DNA from: an uncultured Bdellovibrionales bacterium
GTDB lineage: Bacteria; Patescibacteriota; Minisyncoccia; Moranbacterales; UBA1568
Assembly (NCBI GenBank): GCA_964543815.1
Contig: CAZIZG010000007.1
Location: 2,781 to 66,780 of the forward strand
Direction of reading: 5' to 3'
Length of the DNA: 64,000 bases
The stretch's first letter is position 1. Each line of letters starts with the position of its first letter. The translations under genes were made by a program, and so were the position numbers. Below the pieces are notes generated by a model. The model made no database searches, was not told where the DNA came from, and saw only the letters and a program-made list of their open reading frames with translations. This document shows, piece by piece, positions 21,620 to 29,513 of the stretch.

Positions 21620-21868
21620 ATGGAAAAGCTGAATCCCTATCTGCTCTTCGCCATCATCATTGGCGGCTTCGGCTTCCTGTGGCTTTGCTGGCGCCTGTGG
21701 CGACAAGAGACCCCCAAGTGCCGCTGCGGCTCCGCAGGCCGGCTGGTGATGACCCACGAGTCCGGTCAGCGAACCATCCACACCTACCACTGCCGTGCGA
21801 ACTGCGGCAACGTCTGGGAGGTCACGGACCGGAGCTTCGAAGAGCGGCGAGTGAACAGCTGCAACTGA
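21620..21868 (+). CDS. membrane-anchored zinc-ribbon-like protein (82 aa)
   Basis: AAGGAG SD; TM helix, then CRCG...YHCRANCGNVW. Confidence 0.7.
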   Translation: MEKLNPYLLFAIIIGGFGFLWLCWRLWRQETPKCRCGSAGRLVMTHESGQRTIHTYHCRANCGNVWEVTDRSFEERRVNSCN

Positions 21869-21876
21869 AAACAACC

Positions 21877-21909
21877 AAGCGCGAACGGTAACACCGGCCG
21901 CGCTTTTTT
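21877..21909 (+). terminator. intrinsic terminator
   Basis: aagcgcg...cgcgctt followed by a T-run. Confidence 0.6.
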
Positions 21910-21920
21910 CATACCGAAAA

Positions 21921-23039
21921 TTACGCTTCGGAGCGGAGCTGCTCCATAAGGCGCATATAGAAACGAAGATTGTGTTCGGAAGCGAGTCGGAGAGCGAGCG
22001 GTTCACTCACTTTCAAAAGGTGTTTGAGATAGGCCCGCGTATAGCGAGTACACAGCGTACAGTCACAGGTCAGGTCAACGGGGGTGAAATCACGCTCGAA
22101 CTGCTCATTTTTAATATTAATCGTTTCGTAAAAATCTTCAGAGAGATCAGCCACTTTGTTTTTCCAAATGAAAAGGCGTCCGTGTCTTCCTTCCCGAGTC
22201 GGAATGACACAGTCAAACATATCCCAACCCAACCGATGGAAACGAACGATATCTTCAGGTGTTCCCACACCAAGTGCAAAGCGGATACTGTCCTCTGGAA
22301 GATAGGTCGGAATAGCAGCCACAACGTCTTCGAGAAAGGTACCGTCGGTATCAATATGCCGACCACCAAGACCATAGCCATCAAATCTGATAGCAACCAG
22401 GCCTTCGGCGCACCGTTTGCGTTCCGAGAGCATCTTGCCACCCTGAACTACCCCAAAGATGAGTGGTCGTGTTTCGTCGGTCAATCCTCGCTCTGTTACT
22501 TGTCGGTCATATTCATCACGACAACGCCGAGCCCAACGGAGCGTCCGATCGACCGCCGCCATAATATCAGCCTCTGACGCATCGTTCGGCCGCGGATCGT
22601 CGAGACACACCATCATGTCTACCCCGAGATCAAATTGCACCTGAATGGATTGCTCCGGAGTAAGAAGATGCTTGGAACCATCGAGCACTGAACGGAATTC
22701 TGCTCCCTCTTCAGTAATACGCCCGAGCTCTGGATTCTTATGAATGAGCGAATAAACTTGATAACCACCAGAGTCGGAAAGAACTGGATGCGGCCAGTCC
22801 ATAAAAGCATGGATACCGCCAGCGGCTCGGATAAGCGCTTCGCCCGGCTGAAGAAAGAGGTGATACGTGTTCACTACTAAGGCTTCGATACCAACCTGCT
22901 TCAAATCCGCCGGAGTCAAACCACGTACTGTGGCACGTGTCGCGTCCGGCATAAAAAAGGGAGTAACGAGACTCCCTTTTCTGGTTTGTATCTCACCCCT
23001 CCGACAAAGTCCCGTAACCTGAAGTGAGTTCCATGGCAT
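21921..23039 (-). CDS. tgt: tRNA-guanine transglycosylase
   Basis: TPFFMP, NTYHL, DSGGYQV, VVQGG, DMFDCVIPTR, CDCTLC...HN zinc site; ATG at 23039. Confidence 0.93.
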   Translation of the reverse strand: MPWNSLQVTGLCRRGEIQTRKGSLVTPFFMPDATRATVRGLTPADLKQVGIEALVVNTYHLFLQPGEALIRAAGGIHAFMDWPHPVLSDSGGYQVYSLIHKNPELGRITEEGAEFRSVLDGSKHLLTPEQSIQVQFDLGVDMMVCLDDPRPNDASEADIMAAVDRTLRWARRCRDEYDRQVTERGLTDETRPLIFGVVQGGKMLSERKRCAEGLVAIRFDGYGLGGRHIDTDGTFLEDVVAAIPTYLPEDSIRFALGVGTPEDIVRFHRLGWDMFDCVIPTREGRHGRLFIWKNKVADLSEDFYETINIKNEQFERDFTPVDLTCDCTLCTRYTRAYLKHLLKVSEPLALRLASEHNLRFYMRLMEQLRSEA

Positions 23040-23049
23040 ATGGTAGAAA

Positions 23050-25014
23050 TTATGGATTGGCAGCTCGTACTCGGTAATTACCACTCCCTATCGAGCTGTC
23101 CTCAGTCAGAGTACTCGTTTTACGACTTTTTTCAAGTCGGACATTGGCACCGGTAAAACTATCTTGTCCGGTAAAAATAGCCGAACTTACGAGCGTCACC
23201 TCCGTATCGAAAGCATTTTCCTCAGGCGTCACTCCCATCTGGAAAACTATTTCTCTTCGCTCTCCGGCCGCAAATGTTCCCATATCCCATATCAATTCAT
23301 TGGCCCGCTCGTTCAGGAGAATTTTTTCACTATCTGGTTTTTTCTGACCAGTAAACCGGTTACCCGTAGGAAGAAGGATGCTGACTCGGGCGTTCCGAAC
23401 ATCATTGGTCGTATTAGCCAGTGACAGATGAAACGTATACGTAGTCTCCTGACCAATGACTGGAGGGATGGGACCAGTATTGGGTATCGCCGTATCTTGA
23501 TAGTAGCCAAGCAATTCACCGGTTACTCGGGAATTGATTTTTACATCGAGTGTATTACTTGCCACTACCTTAGTGAAGCCAACGATAGCCGGGATATCAG
23601 GACTATCAATCTTGGCTACTGAACGGATGAGCGGTGTCCGAACAACCGAACCTCGCTTATCCAAGTCAGCATACGTTTTGATGGTAAAAGATACCTTGCC
23701 TGATTGTCCGGGCTCAACCCGAGAAAGTGCCGGGAGATCAGAGGCTTTCCATAGAATAGCCTTGCGTGACTGCAAATAGGCACCCTTGGTTGTCTCGCTA
23801 TTAAACACGAGTGTACTGAAATCGAGGTAGGAAGAATCGATATCCATCGAAATAATAGCGTCTCGAATACCCACATTACCATCATTCCGGTATTCAATGA
23901 CATACTGCAGGGCATCGCCTGGATTGGCATACACATCGTTTGACCTGGTATTGACGGTTTGATGAATTGAAAACGGCGAAGCGACGATGCGTGTCTTACG
24001 ACTGTTTTCTCCATATGGAACGAATACTCCGTCACCCTGAAAAACCCCGATGCCACCATGAACTGATTTCTGTTCGTCACGAGCGCCAGAAATCCTCCCG
24101 CGAATCGTGAGTGTGCCACTCTGATGCGCCGCCAAATCCCCTACTGACCAAACAGTATTGCCATCGGATGGCTTTGGATCGGCATCAGTAAAAATAAAAT
24201 CCGTTGGAAAATCCATTTTAATCTTGAGATTTGAAAACGAAATATCTCCAGGATTGACATAGCGAATATCATACTGGACCTCCTGATCCGAAGCACGCTC
24301 AAGCGGAGCATCAATTTCAAAATTAAGCGGCGAAGAAACAATTGTCATCATCCGCTCCGTGCGTTTCTCGAACGTAGTAGTGATAGTACTCGGAGTATAG
24401 CGAAGCGTTGCAGCAATTTTCATCTGCTGTCCCTTGGACCCATAAAATTTACCCGTGAGCGACACCTTACCATGCCCCTGTGAAGCAATTTCTCCCAGGG
24501 GAAGTTCCGCTCGAGAAGTTTTGATACTTAACTTGGCAGCTGGTTCCGGATGAAAGGCTTCAGGGTACTCAAAAATAACCACTGTATCGCGAAGACTCAT
24601 CCAATTAGCATTGGCATACTCAAAATCATACGTCACCAATTCAGCGCTTCCCACCTCACCCGATCCAGCCAAGTTAACCGTAATGTTTTCTTCTGAAAAC
24701 AATCCTGACCGCAACTTCATCACGATGCCACCAATAAGGAGCATACAGGCTACGCTCCCCAAGGCCCATGCCAAAAGCGTACGACGTCTTTTGGTGTGAT
24801 CATCCGGCAACAGTACCGCTTTCACTGGCGCTGGTAAAGTTACTTCCACCTTTGGGGGCAACGATCCCTCATTCCAACGTTCGGTCTTTTGAAACTGAGA
24901 GACCTGGTCAGGATTGACCGATGTCCCTCCTGGTTGGTACGTATCTGTGGAACGTGTCCGGTCGGCGTGAAAATCACGGCCGTGCAATTGATCGTTCAAT
25001 TCGTCAAGTGGCAT
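23050..25014 (-). CDS. membrane-anchored protein with repeated Ig-like (DUF11-like) domains
   Basis: N-terminal cytoplasmic tail, one TM, repeated Y.I.Y.N.G...W..GDL beta-sandwich units. Confidence 0.8.
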   Translation of the reverse strand: MPLDELNDQLHGRDFHADRTRSTDTYQPGGTSVNPDQVSQFQKTERWNEGSLPPKVEVTLPAPVKAVLLPDDHTKRRRTLLAWALGSVACMLLIGGIVMKLRSGLFSEENITVNLAGSGEVGSAELVTYDFEYANANWMSLRDTVVIFEYPEAFHPEPAAKLSIKTSRAELPLGEIASQGHGKVSLTGKFYGSKGQQMKIAATLRYTPSTITTTFEKRTERMMTIVSSPLNFEIDAPLERASDQEVQYDIRYVNPGDISFSNLKIKMDFPTDFIFTDADPKPSDGNTVWSVGDLAAHQSGTLTIRGRISGARDEQKSVHGGIGVFQGDGVFVPYGENSRKTRIVASPFSIHQTVNTRSNDVYANPGDALQYVIEYRNDGNVGIRDAIISMDIDSSYLDFSTLVFNSETTKGAYLQSRKAILWKASDLPALSRVEPGQSGKVSFTIKTYADLDKRGSVVRTPLIRSVAKIDSPDIPAIVGFTKVVASNTLDVKINSRVTGELLGYYQDTAIPNTGPIPPVIGQETTYTFHLSLANTTNDVRNARVSILLPTGNRFTGQKKPDSEKILLNERANELIWDMGTFAAGERREIVFQMGVTPEENAFDTEVTLVSSAIFTGQDSFTGANVRLEKSRKTSTLTEDSSIGSGNYRVRAANP

Positions 25015-25025
25015 AGGTTTATTTT

Positions 25026-25152
25026 TTCACCCTGTGGTCATTCAAGGCTGCTAACCTTAAGTAAACATGGACTAAGTTTCGTTTTTATTTTATCACTTTT
25101 TATCCGGCTAAGAAACCAACTTGTACGTTCTATTTCTATTGCACAGGGTAAA
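25026..25152. repeat. second element with the same terminal inverted repeats as 16669-16729
   Basis: ttcaccctgtg (25026-25036) ... cacagggtaaa (25142-25152) with an AT-rich interior. Confidence 0.55.
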
Positions 25153-25174
25153 TAACAAAAACCACCTCCCCTCG

Positions 25175-25909
25175 CTAAGCCTCAATCCAGTGATAGAATC
25201 GAGTTGCTAGCTGCCGCGCCTCACGCACATCCCGTTCCGATACAGCAACCTTCGGTAAAGCCTCTAGTTTATTCCCCAAAAAAATTCTGATTAGCTTTAT
25301 TACACTTTCACTGACTGGAAGCGATCCATGGGTCGTATCAGCATGAACGCCACGGAGCATCCCCCCAGCACTCGGGCTAAAAAAATGCCGCTCACCTGCC
25401 GCTAATTTTTCTCCAGAAATCACACATACACTCGTCTCGATCTCATAACCCAGATGGGCGAACAATTGAAATAAAAATCCTTCCGAAAGTAGTAGCACCT
25501 TGTCTTTTTTCTTTTCAGATGCGAGGACATTGGCAATATCAAGATACTTTGAAAGTAGGGAAAAAAGCGCTCGGTCCTCTTCTTCCCATCCCACTAAGCG
25601 CTCAAAAATCCCTACTGTTTCAAGGACGCGCTTGTAAATATCAAAATCATCTCGAAGAAAGAGGTAGCTTTTCTCTGCCACCGCCCCAGCGATCTTTCCA
25701 GCCCCTCGACCCTTCACGATAATAACAAGTCCCTGTGTAAGAGTCTCAAGCTGACCAGCGAGCTTGGCCTCTGGCTTACGCACACCTTTAGCCACGAGCT
25801 GAAGCTTGCCGACACTTTCCGTATAAAGCGTGTAAAGCCGGTCAGTTTCTCCAACTTCTTTTTTTTTCAGAACAATCGCTACCACTCTGTTTTCACCGTG
25901 TGTCATCAT
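25175..25909 (-). CDS. recO: DNA repair protein RecO
   Basis: AIVLKK.EVGETDR...LYT...GKL...AKGVRK..AKLAG.LE; C-terminal LGY...CVISG...FSPSAGG. Confidence 0.92.
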   Translation of the reverse strand: MMTHGENRVVAIVLKKKEVGETDRLYTLYTESVGKLQLVAKGVRKPEAKLAGQLETLTQGLVIIVKGRGAGKIAGAVAEKSYLFLRDDFDIYKRVLETVGIFERLVGWEEEDRALFSLLSKYLDIANVLASEKKKDKVLLLSEGFLFQLFAHLGYEIETSVCVISGEKLAAGERHFFSPSAGGMLRGVHADTTHGSLPVSESVIKLIRIFLGNKLEALPKVAVSERDVREARQLATRFYHWIEA

Positions 25910-25922
25910 GCTGTCAAAAAAA

Positions 25923-27476
25923 TCATTGTCCGTATACAATCCGCTCCCCTGGCTGCAACCCAGACAAAATCTCTACCTGATTATCACGCTCTACACCAGA
26001 TTCAATCACCCGCTCTTGTCGTCCGCTACTCGTCATCACGGTCACTGTTCGACGACCATCAAGCTCGTGGATGGCTCCTTTGGGAATTCGTACCATGTTA
26101 GCATCGGTATTCGTTTCCACAATAACGTCTCCGGTCATCCCTGTGCGAATTTTTTCGGATGTTTGATTAAGCGAAGTCCGAATGCGAAAATATGTACTCC
26201 CCTCCTTTTCAACCTCCTGCGATTGGATATCCGTCACGGCACCAGTGATATCCTCGTACGGATACGCGTTGAGTCGCATGATAACCTGGTTCCCTATCAT
26301 AATACCAGCAATCTTTTCCTCCGGAATATCTAGTTCAATTTCAAGCTCAGGGCTAGCTGCCAACACCACCGGTGCGCCAGCCTCCACGTGCTCTCCCGGC
26401 TGTGGCAAAATTTTCTTGATAAGAAGATTCTTGAGAGGTGTCACTAGAGTCGTTTGTTTCAGTTTTTCTGAAGCGATATCCATCTCGCTCCGAGCTGCGA
26501 CCGCCGCACTGAGCGCCGCCTCGATATCCTGACGAGCTGTGCCAGCCAATCGAGCATTGAGCTCTCCTTGAGCCACAGAAAGATCGCGATTGGCCACTTT
26601 ATAAGCGGTTTCATGAGAACTGAGCGCTACAGTCGCTTCAGCGACAGCACTGCGAGCATCCGATACCGATGCCTTCCACGTATCAATCGTCTCTTGCGTG
26701 ATGGCCCCCGCTGTTAGGGCATTGACTCCGAGCGCCACCTGATCGAGATACTCACGTACTTTTTTTAACTTGCTACGCGCATCGTCGAGATACTTGGTAA
26801 CATTACCCGTCGTCTTCATTTTTCCAACATCATCCTTCCAATCACCAATGATATCCCTCATCGAAACACGCCCTGATTCAATACGGCTTTCCAGAGAAGC
26901 GTCACTCGGAGTAAAGGAAAGTTGAGGATTGGTCTCTGGATTGGTGAAAATAACATCCGTCTTGTTACGAATAGCATCATCCGACTGAACATAGGCACTA
27001 GTGATAGTGTCGATGGCTTCTTTCTTTGTTCCCTTGAGGCTACTATCCGAACTCTGTTTCTTCTGTTGCATGACAAGCAATTCTTCGAAGCGAGCACCCT
27101 GTTCAAGCTTATTCACAATAGCCTGTTGTGCATTATACTGCGCCTCCGCTTTTTTCCGCTCGAGCTCCCACTGGGTTGAATCAAGCTGCACCAGTGGCTG
27201 GCCGCTTTCCGAAAAACTCTGACCAGCAGAAGCAAGTACAGCTGTCACCCTGCCAGAAAAAGGAAATGAGAGATCGTACTGTTCACGAGAAACAATCTTG
27301 CCATTGCTGACCCGAACAGAAGGGTGCCCCTTTTCATAGTTCACCACAAACGTTCCCGCCGTATCATCAATCTGGAAAGAAAACCAAGATAAGCTTTGCG
27401 GCCACAGATAAAACCAAACGGCTACAATGCCGGCAAAGAGGACCGCGATTCCAAGGGCGATGGTAGAAATCTTCAT
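25923..27476 (-). CDS. efflux periplasmic adaptor (HlyD/MacA-like) with a long helical insert
   Basis: N-terminal TM, lipoyl-like LSFPFSGRV, long helical hairpin, IRTGMT, G...VEILSGL.PGE C-terminus. Confidence 0.88.
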   Translation of the reverse strand: MKISTIALGIAVLFAGIVAVWFYLWPQSLSWFSFQIDDTAGTFVVNYEKGHPSVRVSNGKIVSREQYDLSFPFSGRVTAVLASAGQSFSESGQPLVQLDSTQWELERKKAEAQYNAQQAIVNKLEQGARFEELLVMQQKKQSSDSSLKGTKKEAIDTITSAYVQSDDAIRNKTDVIFTNPETNPQLSFTPSDASLESRIESGRVSMRDIIGDWKDDVGKMKTTGNVTKYLDDARSKLKKVREYLDQVALGVNALTAGAITQETIDTWKASVSDARSAVAEATVALSSHETAYKVANRDLSVAQGELNARLAGTARQDIEAALSAAVAARSEMDIASEKLKQTTLVTPLKNLLIKKILPQPGEHVEAGAPVVLAASPELEIELDIPEEKIAGIMIGNQVIMRLNAYPYEDITGAVTDIQSQEVEKEGSTYFRIRTSLNQTSEKIRTGMTGDVIVETNTDANMVRIPKGAIHELDGRRTVTVMTSSGRQERVIESGVERDNQVEILSGLQPGERIVYGQ

Positions 27477-27485
27477 ATCTTTCTA

Positions 27486-28250
27486 TTATACCACTGCCTG
27501 ACCTCGGCTTCCGTGTTCTATCCGTATCACCTTGCCATCAGCCATATATATCTGACGAGTCGCCTTGGCGGCCTCGTCCGGTTCGTGCGTCACAAGTACA
27601 ATAGTCTTACCAAAACGCTGATTGACCTGAGTGAGAAGATTCATAACATGCCGAGAGTTCTCCGTATCAAGATGGGCCGTCGGTTCATCAGCCAAAATGA
27701 GCACTGAGTCCTTGGCTACTGCTCGTCCAATAGCGATACGCTGTTGTTCTCCTCCCGAAAGCTGACGCGGCAAAAGATGCGCTCGTTCCTCTAGTCCCAG
27801 AAAGGAAAAAATCTCAGCCGTCTTTTTTCTGGATACCGCCTCACTGTGACCCTGGAGTCTGAGTTGGAGCATGATATTTTCTTCCGCTGTGTAACTTTCA
27901 ATTAAATTAAAAAATTGAAATATAAAACCAAAAGAACGAAGACGAAGTTTGGTACGCTCACGTTCTGTCAGAAGAGAAACATCGCGACCTTGAAACACTA
28001 TCTTCCCTTGCGTCGGTTCATCAAGGAGTCCAATCATATTAAGGAGCGTACTCTTGCCCGACCCAGAGTGTCCGGTAATAGCCACAAACTCGCCCGAAAG
28101 GATATCGATATCTACTCCGTTTAAGGCTGCTACCGGCATCCGATCTCCCACCTGATACTCACGCACCAACCCGCGTATCTGAAGAAGAGCCGACTGCGTA
28201 TCGGTACGGGCATTATTTGTCTGAATGAGCGTCGGTATAATGTTACCCAT
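27486..28250 (-). CDS. ABC transporter ATP-binding protein (LolD/MacB-like)
   Basis: GHSGSGKST, LSGGEQQR, ILADEPT, VTHE; ATG at 28250. Confidence 0.94.
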   Translation of the reverse strand: MGNIIPTLIQTNNARTDTQSALLQIRGLVREYQVGDRMPVAALNGVDIDILSGEFVAITGHSGSGKSTLLNMIGLLDEPTQGKIVFQGRDVSLLTERERTKLRLRSFGFIFQFFNLIESYTAEENIMLQLRLQGHSEAVSRKKTAEIFSFLGLEERAHLLPRQLSGGEQQRIAIGRAVAKDSVLILADEPTAHLDTENSRHVMNLLTQVNQRFGKTIVLVTHEPDEAAKATRQIYMADGKVIRIEHGSRGQAVV

Positions 28251-28254
28251 AGTA

Positions 28255-29445
28255 TTAGGTTGTTCCTCGCATATCATCGATAATTTTTGCTCGCGCTGCC
28301 ACCCAGGCCGGAGACAATGCCCCAATAAGAGACGCAAGAAAAACCGTCAGAGCTGTTTGGAGAATAATACCCGGTGTCTGATAAAGCCGAAAATCACCAA
28401 TGAGGAGTGGAATAGGATTCGTCCCTGACCACAGCCAAGCAAACAGAAACAGGATGGACCCAAGACAGGTCCCGATAACCGCGTAAAGAAAAGCCTGGGT
28501 GATATAGGCGAGAACAATAAATCCATTCGATGCTCCCATCGATTTCAAGATACCAATTTGGCGACGCTTCTGATTGACATCAATCGAGATAATAATGCTG
28601 ATGACCAAGAAAATAGTCATGACCAACAAATCACGAATAGAGAGGGTAATGAACGTTACCGCCTCCATGATATCTCTCACGTACTGTGACTCTTCCTCCC
28701 AGGTTCGTGCTACGGCCGTCGGGAATTCGTTTTGCAGAGCTTGGCGTACCACCACCGGATCCTCTCCGGGGCGCAGCTTCACTACCATCTGGGCATTGCG
28801 ACCGCTACCATCCATTTTCTCCAAATCACCCTTTTGCATATAGAGAATCCAATTGGGCGAAAAATTTTTGGCATCAAGAATTCCTCTCACCTTCATCGAA
28901 CGATAGGTTCCATCGGGAGCGAGTATACTCACCATCTCCCCGACGTGGATTATCTGACCATCATCCTCAATACCCACTAAATCATCAGCCAATCCTTTCC
29001 CAAGGAGCACTTCGTCAGTACTGTGGTTGTCAGAAAAAAACTGGCCTTCGATGACCTTGCTCTCAAGCCACGTCACACGTCTGTCATCGGCCGTCGCGAT
29101 ACCAATCGTTCGAAAGGGAATTGACTTCTTTTCACCGAAGCGCACAATCGTTTGGCTGTGACTGCGGGTGGCAAAGGCCTCGACTGCCGTCATTGAGAGG
29201 AGCTTCTTTTCAATTTCATCGCTCAGGCGGATGCTCGCATCGCCACCGCGGGGCGAAATGACCACATCTCCGATCCAGCCCCGCTCCCCCTCCACCAGCA
29301 TGGTTCGAAACCCCTCGAGCACGCCGAGGGTAAGAAGGATAGCTGCTGAAGCGGCAGCAAGCACGGTCAAGATAAGGACGAGAAGCGTTTTGCTCCGTAC
29401 CGTATCGCGGAAAACATACGAGAGAAAGGGCGAAAGTAAGCCCAT
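28255..29445 (-). CDS. ABC transporter permease (FtsX/MacB family)
   Basis: 4-TM topology with a periplasmic core; RRQIGILKSMGA. Confidence 0.92.
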   Translation of the reverse strand: MGLLSPFLSYVFRDTVRSKTLLVLILTVLAAASAAILLTLGVLEGFRTMLVEGERGWIGDVVISPRGGDASIRLSDEIEKKLLSMTAVEAFATRSHSQTIVRFGEKKSIPFRTIGIATADDRRVTWLESKVIEGQFFSDNHSTDEVLLGKGLADDLVGIEDDGQIIHVGEMVSILAPDGTYRSMKVRGILDAKNFSPNWILYMQKGDLEKMDGSGRNAQMVVKLRPGEDPVVVRQALQNEFPTAVARTWEEESQYVRDIMEAVTFITLSIRDLLVMTIFLVISIIISIDVNQKRRQIGILKSMGASNGFIVLAYITQAFLYAVIGTCLGSILFLFAWLWSGTNPIPLLIGDFRLYQTPGIILQTALTVFLASLIGALSPAWVAARAKIIDDMRGTT

Positions 29446-29513
29446 AGAGAGAATAGAGAGTCAGTCTCTCTATTATATCGGTTCCCGACGAGAATCGGAA
29501 ATAATTATCATCA

